64,000 bases of DNA, from the NCBI GenBank assembly GCA_013822125.1, contig PNJY01000001.1, forward strand, positions 16,700-80,699. The letters run 5' to 3'. The notes under the pieces were generated by a model. It was not told the origin of the DNA. It saw nothing but the letters and a program-made list of their open reading frames with translations, and did not search any database. Both the position numbers and the translations under genes were made by a program. Each line of letters starts with the position of its first letter. Position 1 is the first letter of the stretch. Below are positions 45,667-55,517 of this stretch, in pieces. This DNA is from Erythrobacter sp. Lineage in GTDB: Bacteria; Pseudomonadota; Alphaproteobacteria; Sphingomonadales; Sphingomonadaceae.

Positions 45667-46659
45667 ATGAAGGCTGCAATTCTCAAGCAACTTGGCCCTC
45701 TTGAACCCTTTCATCTTGTTGATCTGCCTACGAGGTCCCCTGGAGCCGGCGAAGTTTCCATCAAAGTTCGGGCCACGAGCATCAATGTGGTCGACACCAA
45801 AATCCGGGCGGGCATGGGCGATATTGCGCCGGCCGGCGACATTGTTCTTGGTTGCGACGTTGCTGGCATAATCGAGGCAGTCGGGCCGGGCGTCACCCGG
45901 TTTGCCATTGGAGACGAGGTCTATGGCTGTGCAGGCGGCGTAAAGGGGCGTGACGGTGCCTATCGGGAGCAGATGATCACTGATGCGCGCCTGCTTGCGA
46001 AAAAGCCCACATCATGCACCTTTGAGCAGGCCGCTGCCCTGCCGCTCGTGTCGATCACTGCCTGGGAAGCGCTGGTGGATCGCGCACAGGTAAAGCCAGG
46101 TGAGACCGTGCTGGTGCATGGCGGTACGGGCGGTGTCGGTCACATCGGCGTGCAACTCGCCAAGGCTCTTGGCGCCATCGTCCACACAACCGTCTCATCG
46201 GACGAGAAGGCGCAATTGGCAAAGAAGCTGGGAGCCGACGTTACGATCAATTATCGCGCCCGCCAGGTTGTCCAATATGCTGCCGAGGAAACGAACGGGC
46301 GCGGTTATGATGTGGTCTTCGACACGGTCGGCAGTGACAATATCGCAGCCTCACTCGAGGCGCTCGCCGTCAATGGACGATGCGTTTCGATTGTCTCGCT
46401 GCATACAAGTCCCGATCTGTCAGCGCTTCACATGAAGAACGCGAGACTCGACCTTGTTTTAATGCTGATCCCCATGCTGACCGGTGAGGGTCTCGAGCGA
46501 CATGGCTTCATTCTCGAAAATGTCGCGAGGTTGGTCGATGCGGGGAGAATCCAGCCCCTGCTCGATGACCGCGTCTATTCTCTTGATGAGCTTATCCTTG
46601 CGCACGACCACCTTGCGAGCGGGGCGGCGATCGGGAAAATCGCAGTGCGCGTCAGCTAA
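45667..46659 (+). CDS. zinc-type alcohol dehydrogenase family / NADPH:quinone oxidoreductase
   Basis: LGCDVAG, TAWEAL, VLVHGGTGGVGH, GKI.V; divergent from HxlR. Confidence 0.9.
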   Translation: MKAAILKQLGPLEPFHLVDLPTRSPGAGEVSIKVRATSINVVDTKIRAGMGDIAPAGDIVLGCDVAGIIEAVGPGVTRFAIGDEVYGCAGGVKGRDGAYREQMITDARLLAKKPTSCTFEQAAALPLVSITAWEALVDRAQVKPGETVLVHGGTGGVGHIGVQLAKALGAIVHTTVSSDEKAQLAKKLGADVTINYRARQVVQYAAEETNGRGYDVVFDTVGSDNIAASLEALAVNGRCVSIVSLHTSPDLSALHMKNARLDLVLMLIPMLTGEGLERHGFILENVARLVDAGRIQPLLDDRVYSLDELILAHDHLASGAAIGKIAVRVS

Positions 46660-47045
46660 TGGCTCCAGCGTTTCAGAAGCCAGGCTGCCTGCCGCCGGTC
46701 AGGTGCTAAGGCCGCGAGCACGAGGAGAAAGCCTCAAGCTGAACTAGAAGTCCCAAGAAAAGCCTCTGATTGGGGCGGCAAACACCGGGTCGCTGGTTCG
46801 CCGCCCCGCGCTCATCGCTGCGGGACCAGCTCCGTAAGCGCAAGTGAACAATACTGCCCTGTGCGACGGGCAGCAATGCGAAATGCAAGTGCCTGCTTCC
46901 GCCATCAAGGCCCTGTCTGGATGTCTGCCGGTTACGGATAATTGCAATTCAGCCAAGCCCATTCAAGCGGCCATATTCCAAGCTTGCAAGTAAGGTGCCT
47001 CGCCAGGCAAGCCAGCAATTGCGGTGCGCCGTAAACCTGCTCATT

Positions 47046-47669
47046 TCAGTCGAAGCGGGCAAGGGCCCTGCTTGTCGCATCGTGCCTCGAGATACGTCCC
47101 GCCCACTCCGAGAGAGCCGGAAATTCGTCGAGATCCTGACCTGCGTAGCCAGCATTCCGGACCCATCCGAAGTGGGCGATATCCGCGATGGAGTATGCTT
47201 CGCTGTTCAGCCATTCGACCTGCGATAGGCGCTGTTCGAGCAACTGGAGCTGACGGCGCGCCTCGCCCTGAAATCTGCCGGTGGCATAGGGATCGGGCGT
47301 GCGCATGGACAGGAAATGTCCGGCATTTCCCATAGCAGGCCCGAGCCCCGACACCTGAAGTAACAGCCACGCCAGCGTGTCGGCACGAGCCTGATGAGCC
47401 TTGCCCATGAGCGCGCCGAAGTGATCAGCGAGTTAGAGCAGAATTGCCCCGGATTCGAAAACGCGGATTTCTTCGCCCGACGTCCGGCGATGGCGCAAGG
47501 CAGGAATCTTCCCGTTTGGATTGAGGCTGAGAAATGCGGGCGTGTGCAAGACAGCCGGATCAAGCGCAAGCTGGCGAAGCGAATAGTCGACGCCAAGCTC
47601 CTCCAGCATGATCGGAACCTTGATGCCATTGGGCGATCGGGCTGTGAAAATCTCAAACTCTTCATTCAT
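47046..47669 (-). pseudogene. glutathione S-transferase (YfcG/YghU-like) interrupted by an in-frame stop
   Basis: SPNGIKV..MLEELG, NPNGKIPAL, FESGAILL, then TAA at 47433-47435; the same frame continues LADHFG...SIADIAHFGWV. Confidence 0.8.
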
Positions 47670-47680
47670 GACTGATCGCC

Positions 47681-47854
47681 CTAAATCACCAGCAAGAGCG
47701 CCTCGGTGGCCATTCTGCCGAAGCGCGACTGCAGGTAGAGTTCCGCAAAGGGATCGTTCGGAAGACGGTCCAGAAGTTCTTCTGTGCTGCTGTGCCCATC
47801 GGGCGGGGCAGCTCGGCGAATAACGGGGCCTGGAGACTGTGACGAGCAGGTCAT
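47681..47854 (-). CDS. small hypothetical protein (57 aa, not in ORF track)
   Basis: ATG overlaps the upstream TGA (ATGA); ORF ends 11 bp before the GST start. Confidence 0.4.
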   Translation of the reverse strand: MTCSSQSPGPVIRRAAPPDGHSSTEELLDRLPNDPFAELYLQSRFGRMATEALLLVI

Positions 47855-48177
47855 GGCGCGACAGATCCGATGATCTGCCGCGTGCGCTGGGCGACAGCCT
47901 CCAGTTCTTCGTCGCTCAAGCCGAACACATATGCCCGGTTGCGGGCATCGGCGACCAAATCGACACGCGCTGCCTTGATTGCGCAGGCATAGGCCAAAGC
48001 TGCTGAAGTTCGGGCCTCGAAGCTTCGCCCTTCCAGCGCTACATCGATTTCGGCGCCCGTCATGCCCGTGCGGCGCGCATCCGTCTCGAGCTTGCCGAGC
48101 ATTTCGAGGCAGCCGCAGTCGGAAAGAAGCGCGAGCGCAAGTTGTGCCTCAAGGCGATCCTGAAAACTAGCAGGCAT
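47851..48177 (-). CDS. AhpD/carboxymuconolactone decarboxylase-like protein
   Basis: LALA..CGC, ARRTGMTGAEI, FEART.AALAYA, AYVFGLSDEEL. Confidence 0.5.
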   Translation of the reverse strand: MPASFQDRLEAQLALALLSDCGCLEMLGKLETDARRTGMTGAEIDVALEGRSFEARTSAALAYACAIKAARVDLVADARNRAYVFGLSDEELEAVAQRTRQIIGSVAP

Positions 48178-48367
48178 CGTTCGTCTCCAACGTGAGGAGG
48201 GAACGCGAACGGACCGTATCGTTCAGCGCAAAGGCGATCTGCATCGCCATGCGTGCTGAACCAGCCATCAGCGAGCCGCTGGCATAAGCGACGTTAAGCG
48301 CCGCCACCCAATACCAGAGGGTATCCGAACGTACCAATCCGCGAACGCGGTCCATGAAAAGCGCCAT
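48167..48367 (-). CDS. small hypothetical membrane protein
   Basis: 66-aa ORF in an operon-like run; hydrophobic core. Confidence 0.45.
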   Translation of the reverse strand: MALFMDRVRGLVRSDTLWYWVAALNVAYASGSLMAGSARMAMQIAFALNDTVRSRSLLTLETNDAC

Positions 48368-48446
48368 CGTTTGTCTCGCGTATCATGTCGGTGCCGACCC
48401 GTTTCCAGCGGATCGGCACCGAGTTGATTTCCTCGATCAGCTGGGA

Positions 48447-49052
48447 TCAGAAGTTGTAGCTGACGCCGAACAGGGTCTGGTGACGCTCATAGTCGCCGCC
48501 ATTCTGGCCGAAGTCGCTGTAACGATACTCGACGCGCGCCGAAACCTTGTCGGTGATGGCATATTCCACGCCGCCGCCGAGGACCCAGCCGTCGAGGCTG
48601 TCGCTGTCGCGGACAAGACCTGCTCCCGTGTCGAGCGAGGTGCGCACCCGCTGGTTCGCATAGCCGCCGCGGACATAGACGAGCGCCTTGTCAGTGACGA
48701 GGTAGCCCGCACGGGCCGTGAGGTCGAAGCTGTAGCGCGGATCGACGACGAGGCTCTGGCCTGCGGAGGCGGCGCGAATGCGGTCGTCCACTGTGGCAGT
48801 GAACCCAGCTTCTGCACCAATGACGACCTTTTCGCTGAGCTTGTAGTTGTAGCCAGCATAGCCACCAAGCACGAGGGAATCACGAGAAGCCTGGCTATCG
48901 ACCGCCTGCGAATTGATGCGGTCCGAGACCTCACCGCGATCCCAGCCAGCGCTCACCCCTACATAGGGACCCTCGAAGGTTTCCGCCTGCGCCGGCGCAG
49001 CAAAGGTGGCAGCAGCGCCCAGAAGGACAAGAGGAAGGGTTGCTTTGTACAT
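48447..49052 (-). CDS. outer membrane beta-barrel protein (Omp25/RopB-like)
   Basis: Signal peptide ending AQA; FEGPYVG, GYAGYNY, VYVRGGY, GGGVEYA, RVEYRY; C-terminal Phe. Confidence 0.88.
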   Translation of the reverse strand: MYKATLPLVLLGAAATFAAPAQAETFEGPYVGVSAGWDRGEVSDRINSQAVDSQASRDSLVLGGYAGYNYKLSEKVVIGAEAGFTATVDDRIRAASAGQSLVVDPRYSFDLTARAGYLVTDKALVYVRGGYANQRVRTSLDTGAGLVRDSDSLDGWVLGGGVEYAITDKVSARVEYRYSDFGQNGGDYERHQTLFGVSYNF

Positions 49053-49170
49053 TGCTTTATCTCCAGGTCTTCCCACGCGGTGTGGGGAACGGCCTGGAAA
49101 TAGGCGACGAGGCTTGCTGCGATAATCAGCCTTACTTGGAATGGATGATTTCAATCAGCGAAACAAATGG

Positions 49171-50067
49171 TCAGTTGATCAAGCGGTTTGCCCTGAGCCG
49201 CTCGCGCGCAAACTCTATGAAGGTCCGAACCTTCGCTGACGCATTGCGCCCCTCGGGATGCACAATATGGACCGGAAGCGGTTCCTGCTCGAATTGCTCG
49301 AGGACAATCTGAAGCGTGCCGGAGACCAGGTCCGGCCCGATCTGATAGGACAATAGGCGAGTCAGTCCCCATCCTGCCCGCGCTGCTCCGATGACCGCCT
49401 CGTTAGAATTGCAGAACAAGGCTGGCTTGACCTGAACAGGGAGGCTCCCATCCCGGCCGAACCGCCACTCCAGCGAAGTCCACGCGCTGGTCGCTGCGAC
49501 GATACGATGGTCGACCAAGGCGTGAGGCTCATCGGGTATGCCGCACCTTTCGAAATAATCGGCCGCGCCGCAGATCACGCGCCGGACCGAGCCGACCTTG
49601 ATCGCGCTATAGCTTGAGTCAGGGAGGTGTCCGATGCGAACCGCCACATCGATCCCTTCGTCCACGAGATTCACGACACGATCGAGCAAGATCACTCTTC
49701 CCGTAACAGACGGATAGAGATCCAGAAACTCGGTGATGATCGGCATGACATAGATCTGGCCGAAGAGAACAGAACTTGTCACAGTCAGCGTCCCGGAAGG
49801 CGTGGCAAAAGACCCTGCCGCAGCCGCTTCAGCCTCCTCGATCGCAATGAGGATCCGACGGCAATCTTCAAGATAGCGATGCCCGGCTTCAGTGAGCTTT
49901 ACCGACCGGGTTGTCCGGGTCAGAAGACGGGCCCCGATTGTCTCCTCCAATGCCGAAACCGCTCGCGTCACCGCTGGGGGACTCATGTGAAGTTGGCGTG
50001 CGGCCTCTGCAAATCCTTGCGCTTCCGCGACCCGCACGAATACGCGCATAGCAAGATGCCGGTCCAT
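49171..50067 (-). CDS. LysR-family transcriptional regulator
   Basis: FVRVAEAQGFAEAARQL.MSPPAVTRAVSALE..IGARLLTRTTR; DEGIDVAVRIG. Confidence 0.95.
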   Translation of the reverse strand: MDRHLAMRVFVRVAEAQGFAEAARQLHMSPPAVTRAVSALEETIGARLLTRTTRSVKLTEAGHRYLEDCRRILIAIEEAEAAAAGSFATPSGTLTVTSSVLFGQIYVMPIITEFLDLYPSVTGRVILLDRVVNLVDEGIDVAVRIGHLPDSSYSAIKVGSVRRVICGAADYFERCGIPDEPHALVDHRIVAATSAWTSLEWRFGRDGSLPVQVKPALFCNSNEAVIGAARAGWGLTRLLSYQIGPDLVSGTLQIVLEQFEQEPLPVHIVHPEGRNASAKVRTFIEFARERLRANRLIN

Positions 50068-50113
50068 GCCCGCGCCCCCTCACATGTTCTCGTTGAACTC
50101 CAACCTGAGGCGG

Positions 50114-50974
50114 TCATGCCCTTTGTGCAAGATCCGCAGAGTTCATTTCCTGCGCCGAAGAGCGCGGATGCCACCTGCGCCGGAATGCTCCAGGTGTCGT
50201 CCCCAGTTGCCGTTTGAAGGCCGAGGTCAAATGACTCTGGGAAGAAAATCCGACTGCATAGGCCACCTCGGCAATCGGTTCGCTGCTCTTGCTCAGCAGC
50301 TGCTGGGCACGGTCCACCCGCTTGGCAATGACATATTGCAGCGGGCTAAATCCCGTGGCCTCCTTGAACGTCCGAAGAAAGTGATAGCGGGACATTCCGG
50401 CGAGACGCGCCATGAACCCAAGGTCGACATGCTCCTCCATGTTTTGTTCGATGTAGCGATCGATTCGAGCGACAATCTGGGGATCGAGCGCCTTGACCCG
50501 GGTGCGATCGCCCGGCGGCGTCTCCTCCCATGCTATGAGTGTCTCGTGCAGGAGAAGTTGTGCAATGGAGGCCAGACACGCAGAGTTTTCAATCTCTCCA
50601 ATCGCGGCAAGATGGCGAACGACCTGAAGCATGGCGACAACCGCAGACCTTCTGTTCAGAATCTGGGCAGATGCTGGCAGGTTTCTCGCAGGTGAGGGCG
50701 TAGCGAGCGCGATCCTGCGGCGGAGACCGGGATCGATCGAAAGCACAACCGCACTGTATGACTCATGGAACGAAACTGCATTGCAGGTGGCAGCCGGGAT
50801 GAAGAGCAAGCTGCCCGACCCAATCTGGCTTATGCCAATGCCCGGAAATGCAGAAACCGAAGTCGGCGACTGTGGGAGAATGAGCGCATCGAGCTCGCTT
50901 AACAAAGGCAAAATACCCCTTCTGCCTTGAACAAAAGAACAGGTGACCTGGTCATTAATCTTGTTCATCGACAT
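50114..50974 (-). CDS. AraC-family transcriptional regulator
   Basis: MSRYHFLRTFKEATGFSPLQYV; IAEVAYAVGFSSQSHLTSAFKRQLGTTPG. Confidence 0.9.
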   Translation of the reverse strand: MSMNKINDQVTCSFVQGRRGILPLLSELDALILPQSPTSVSAFPGIGISQIGSGSLLFIPAATCNAVSFHESYSAVVLSIDPGLRRRIALATPSPARNLPASAQILNRRSAVVAMLQVVRHLAAIGEIENSACLASIAQLLLHETLIAWEETPPGDRTRVKALDPQIVARIDRYIEQNMEEHVDLGFMARLAGMSRYHFLRTFKEATGFSPLQYVIAKRVDRAQQLLSKSSEPIAEVAYAVGFSSQSHLTSAFKRQLGTTPGAFRRRWHPRSSAQEMNSADLAQRA

Positions 50975-51465
50975 GATATTGCTCGCCTTTCTATGGTTCC
51001 GAGGCTACTTTTTTCGCCAAGGGTTCGTCAGTTCGCACCAGCCAACTTAGACAAGATTGATAGCTGCGGCGCGCCATCGCTTTTCATCAAGGTTCAATTC
51101 TTGCTATTGATGACGAGGCGTTGTGGCTCCTGAGGCGAGAGGCTGATCCCGTGCAACGCCCCTTGCTTGCTCTCGGCACGTGGAAGGGGTTTGAAACCTT
51201 TCTCATCGATGCGAGCCGTCCAGCGCCCGCAAATGCGCAAGAATTGCTGATCAGCCGAAATTTGCTGGTAATGTAGCAGCTATGTTGCGCTTGCAGCGCG
51301 GCTAGGCAAATGACGTTGCGTAAGTGGGCGTAGGCGAGGGTGGTCGCGGAAACTCGGCGAACGAATGAGTCAATCGGTTGTGAGGGGAGCGTGACCGGCA
51401 GCAACAAGCCAGAAGCCTTGGCGGACGACGCGCTAACGTCGCTCCCCCCGCCTCGCTGTTCAGCA

Positions 51466-52257
51466 ATGCTCATTGGCGGCTGGCACGCGATGGATGGCGT
51501 GACCCATCGGTGTGCCTGCCAGGTCTTCATGCCACTATGCGACGGCTACGACCTTGAAGTAGACTTGGGCACCAGCTCCCGCCTGATCGAACTCACCCCA
51601 TTCTGCATATCCGTCCTGCCGCATGGGCTAAGCTACCGGATCTCGTCAGCTTCTCCCAAGGCTGATAGCGTGCTCTATGTCTGCATCGCCGACACGCTGT
51701 TCGGGACCGATCAGTATGGTCTGATCGCCTCCGACATTCGTCCAGTCCTCGGTGAGCGGCATATTGGCTTGCAGCGCCTCCTTCAGACGATCGTTGCGGA
51801 AGTGAAGGCTGGAAAGGTCGCTGCGCCGGCCATGATCGAGGGGCTGACGCTTCAAGCTGCCGCCGTCATCGCCCGCGAGTTCGGTCCCCATTCAGGAATG
51901 CTGGCAAAAGGTGGACTTTCACCTTGGCAGCTGAGGCAAGCAGTGGAGTACATGAAGGAAAATCTGGCGGAGCCGATCACAGTCAGCGCAATCGCGGCCA
52001 CTTCGGGACTATCGCGCTTTCACTTCACGCGAGCATTCCGGGAATCGGCAGGCATGTCACCTGCTCAGTACCTCAAGCAGTTGCGAATTCAGCGGGCGTG
52101 CGATCTGCTGGAGATAACTGACCTTGCGGTCAGTGATGTTGCCAAACGAGTCGGATATGGTGCACCACAAGCTTTCGCCCGCCTATTTCGCCAAGCTGTC
52201 GGCGTGAGTCCTCGCGAACACAGGCAGGTGCGCAGGCGAAGTCATCAACCCAGTTAG
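51466..52257 (+). CDS. AraC-family transcriptional regulator
   Basis: LSRFHFTRAFRESAGMSPAQY; VSDVAKRVGY...FARLFRQAVGVSP; start uncertain. Confidence 0.9.
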   Translation: MLIGGWHAMDGVTHRCACQVFMPLCDGYDLEVDLGTSSRLIELTPFCISVLPHGLSYRISSASPKADSVLYVCIADTLFGTDQYGLIASDIRPVLGERHIGLQRLLQTIVAEVKAGKVAAPAMIEGLTLQAAAVIAREFGPHSGMLAKGGLSPWQLRQAVEYMKENLAEPITVSAIAATSGLSRFHFTRAFRESAGMSPAQYLKQLRIQRACDLLEITDLAVSDVAKRVGYGAPQAFARLFRQAVGVSPREHRQVRRRSHQPS

Positions 52258-52357
52258 TTGTCCGCAGGGCTAACATCACGCCACAAGGACATCATTTCGT
52301 AAGCGCCTTTCCGTTCTCCATTCGGCACCGTTCGATAGGCAAGATAGAAGATCGCAG

Positions 52358-53248
52358 ATGGTTTCGCGGGGTCAGCAAATGGCAGAACTGAATCAGGACG
52401 GCCTTCCGAGCGGGACACGTTACCTCGGCGGTCGCTCGATTGAGCTTGCTTGTCCGCCATGCATCACGGGCGGCGGCCTCATTGCAAGTCTCGTCGAGCA
52501 TGAAAGCATTGAAATGGAGGTTCCGGCTCAGGTTCATCATCGTGTGAGTATTGCGCTCGGCAGGCGGCCGAGCGTCTGGTCCGATATTCTTGGGATAAAG
52601 TCCGCCCGGGATCTTGAGCCCTTGAACGCAAACATTGTGCCGGCTTCACACACAACCTGGGTCGATGAACCGACGCCCGGGCGTTTCCTGTTCTTGAGAA
52701 TCGCGGTTGATGCGGGCGGACAGCATGAGGGAGACGCTTTCGAGCCAGTTCCGGCGTTCAACTACAGCGATGCCGTCCTTCAACGTGCAGCACGCTGCCT
52801 CTTGTTGATGCTGAGAACGCCCGCCATTGCCGATGATCTCAAGATGGGTTCCATCGCGAATGCTGTTGCCACCCGGCTCCGGTATCTGAATACAGCGTCT
52901 TCGCCACGGTGTGTTCCCGCGATCGAGTCCTGGCGCAAGCGCCAACTGGTCGAGTTCATCAACGCCAATCTCCACAAACGCTTAAGCGTCGAACAGCTCG
53001 CGACAATCGCGGACCTCCCTGTCGTTGAGTTCCTCAACGCTTTCCATAGATCGTTCGGGACTCCGCCATTCCGATATGCTGCCTTTGCAAGGATGCGAGA
53101 CATTCGCGCCCGCTTGGCGGAGACCACGGCCTCTCCCGCCCACATCGCCGATACGTTGGGATATGACTATCACGCGCTTGAAGCCGCCTTCGAAGCGGTC
53201 GTCGGGATCGGTATGGCTGAGTACCAGCAATTGCGTCGGAACCGCTAA
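52358..53248 (+). CDS. AraC-family transcriptional regulator (divergent HTH)
   Basis: FINANLHKRLSVEQLA, FLNAFHRSFGTPPFRY, IADTLGY; start may be 52379. Confidence 0.8.
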   Translation: MVSRGQQMAELNQDGLPSGTRYLGGRSIELACPPCITGGGLIASLVEHESIEMEVPAQVHHRVSIALGRRPSVWSDILGIKSARDLEPLNANIVPASHTTWVDEPTPGRFLFLRIAVDAGGQHEGDAFEPVPAFNYSDAVLQRAARCLLLMLRTPAIADDLKMGSIANAVATRLRYLNTASSPRCVPAIESWRKRQLVEFINANLHKRLSVEQLATIADLPVVEFLNAFHRSFGTPPFRYAAFARMRDIRARLAETTASPAHIADTLGYDYHALEAAFEAVVGIGMAEYQQLRRNR

Positions 53249-53348
53249 AGCCAATCACTGCGCGGCCCGCCCGTGAACAACCGCTCGAAGGTGGGAACCA
53301 GCCCTCTCGAGATTGCACTCACCGTCCTGGATTGGTGGTCTTCCAGAC

Positions 53349-53666
53349 CTAGACCGAACCCTTCCGTTCGACAACGAGGATGCGAGCCTCGCCCAAAGGG
53401 TGCGCAACGTGTTCGTCGCCGACAAACGCAAGAAAGATATTCGATGGTTTAAGCCGGACGCACTCTTCTCGCCCATCTTGCCTGAAGTGCATATCCACTT
53501 CGCCGTCCAGGACAATGAAGGCTTCGGCCCCGTCATTGATCTGCCATATGTAGGGCCGGTCAGTCCAGTGCAGCCGAACGCTAGCCCCGTCAATGTCAAT
53601 GAGATCTCGGGCCCCCCAAGCGCGGCGAGCGCGAAACGATCCTACGTCAGTGATTACTTGCGGCAC
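53349..53666 (-). CDS. cupin domain protein
   Basis: VRLHWTDRPYIW..NDG.E.FIVLDGEVDM, GDEHVAHP; GTG start with GGGGG RBS. Confidence 0.85.
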   Translation of the reverse strand: MPQVITDVGSFRARRAWGARDLIDIDGASVRLHWTDRPYIWQINDGAEAFIVLDGEVDMHFRQDGREECVRLKPSNIFLAFVGDEHVAHPLGEARILVVERKGSV

Positions 53667-53868
53667 GACACCCCCTTGCAAATGCCAGATCTTAGACCTG
53701 CAAGCTGCCGTCCGCAACGAGCGCTCGCCGCCACATAGTTGATGGCAGTTCTGGAGCGACTTGCGATTTGCCGCCTCCAGCAGCCAATCCGCCGAAACGG
53801 CAATGCCGCTAACCGGAACGCGCCTCAAGGCCGCTGATCAACGGAGTGGGGCTGCTTGTCGATGCCTG

Positions 53869-54207
53869 CTAAGGGGTGCTCAGGTCCGGCATGTGTTGTT
53901 CAACCCACCTAATTAGCGACACAGCTTCCCGTCTAAGGGATTGGCCGAGCGGCGTCAGTGTATAATTCACATGTGATGGTATCGTCTGCAAGTCTTGTCG
54001 CACCACGATGTGCAGCCTCTCCAAACTGCGGAGATTTTGCGTCAGTACTTTCTGCGAGATGCCTTCAACAGCCCGCATGAGCTCACCATTCCTCATTGAC
54101 CCCTCCCCGAGGGCGTTGATAATGAGCATCGACCACTTGTCAGTCAGAGTGGCCATGTAGACGCGCGATGTGCAGCGCTTCGACATCACATCGGGTTTTA
54201 GGCTCAT
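53869..54207 (-). CDS. HxlR-family winged-helix regulator
   Basis: LTDKWSMLII, ELMRAVEGISQKVLTQNLRSLE, V.YTLTPLG. Confidence 0.9.
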   Translation of the reverse strand: MSLKPDVMSKRCTSRVYMATLTDKWSMLIINALGEGSMRNGELMRAVEGISQKVLTQNLRSLERLHIVVRQDLQTIPSHVNYTLTPLGQSLRREAVSLIRWVEQHMPDLSTP

Positions 54208-54323
54208 CGTTCACGTCCAACCACAAAGCAGGCAACCACGACGTAGGCACCTCAAGGTGCGTACTATCAGCATGTGAATGGAACTGCTAGCGTATTCCCG
54301 TATTCGGATTGCGGGCGCGGCAT

Positions 54324-54683
54324 ATGGAATGGTTGAACGGTATGGGGGCGGGGATCACCATCTTCATTGGGTGTCTGGGCCTATTCTTTCCCGACAAAGC
54401 GTCTGCCATGACTGGCCTTGTTGCCATGACTCCTGCTGCCCGCGCCGAGTTTCGAGGCACTCTGGGGGTGACATTCGTATTTCTGGGCGCCATTCCGTTG
54501 ATTTCTGAGAGCCCCTACGCCGTTTTTACTGCAGGCGTCTGCTGGCTTGGCGCGGCAGTTGGTCGCATCATTTCGATCTTCCCAGATTACGCCAATGACA
54601 AGAGGAATTGGAGCGCGGTTGCCTTTGAGTGCGTTGTCGCCTCTCTCATGCTTTCGGGGGAACCCGTAAGCTTGGTAGTCTGA
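54324..54683 (+). CDS. DUF4345-like membrane protein
   Basis: Four hydrophobic helices; AEFRGTLG, GRIISI motif; divergent from HxlR. Confidence 0.7.
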   Translation: MEWLNGMGAGITIFIGCLGLFFPDKASAMTGLVAMTPAARAEFRGTLGVTFVFLGAIPLISESPYAVFTAGVCWLGAAVGRIISIFPDYANDKRNWSAVAFECVVASLMLSGEPVSLVV

Positions 54684-54860
54684 TATCCGGAGTATGGCCG
54701 ATTGTTGATCGCGGCAGACCCAAGTGCCGAACGGCTCAATAGCGGCTCCGGGGTCGAATGGGGAGTTTCCGTCCGCGCCATCGAGCGGCCGAAGCTGTCC
54801 CGCGAGTTTCGGCTTACTCGAGCCGAAGGTGGCTTCAATGCCTCGAATGTACCGGCAGGT

Positions 54861-55259
54861 CTAGCCGCCGTGAACAAATGGCCAGGACGGAATGCCGGTC
54901 GGATCGAGAAGGATCCTCAAATCGCAAATGAAGCCATCCAAGGTTCTAAGGATTATTGCACAGGGGACCGATTTCAGATGGCCTCCTCTTTCGCTATAGA
55001 CGACTTCGGTCTCCAGGATCGCTGCCTCCCGGAACTCCCAAGCCTGCGCAAAGGGGCTGTGGAAGCGTTCAGCGACGCTATAGAAGCTTTGCAACATCTC
55101 AAGAACGGGAACCTTGCCAACGGCAGGTGGCGCCGTTCCAATCCGGCCATGACACCCCTCTGTCAGCACCATTGCCCAGTCCGTCTTCGAGAATCGCGTC
55201 GCTTCAATAAGTTGCTGGAGGCTTTGGGCCCGAGGCGATTTCAAAGTGGCCGGCATTGG
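54861..55259 (-). CDS. NTF2/SnoaL-like fold protein
   Basis: GTAPPAVGK, AILETEVVY, VPCAIILR..DG.I.DLRI.LDP. Confidence 0.55.
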   Translation of the reverse strand, partial: PMPATLKSPRAQSLQQLIEATRFSKTDWAMVLTEGCHGRIGTAPPAVGKVPVLEMLQSFYSVAERFHSPFAQAWEFREAAILETEVVYSERGGHLKSVPCAIILRTLDGFICDLRILLDPTGIPSWPFVHGG

Positions 55260-55517
55260 GACTGCATCTTCTCGCTTTACGGGCAAGATCAACAACGAGA
55301 TGGCTTCAGGGCCGGATGTCCGTCTGACCCCCCGGATATGCTGACGCCACGACATCCTCGCACACCATTTGCCACATCGTCCGTCGATCACCAACAGCCA
55401 ATGACTCAATCGGTGAAGTCAGCGGATGGCTCAGCTGCACCTGATGTGCCTCATTGCACCAAAAAGAACATATACTGATGCTAAGATATTTCGGATTATT
55501 GCCGTTTTTGTTGCGCA

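Noticed and set aside
53667-54860. GC-rich intergenic stretches resembling REP-like repeats (also ~43380-43600 and ~46700-47000)
   Set aside because: Could not confirm repeated copies by eye
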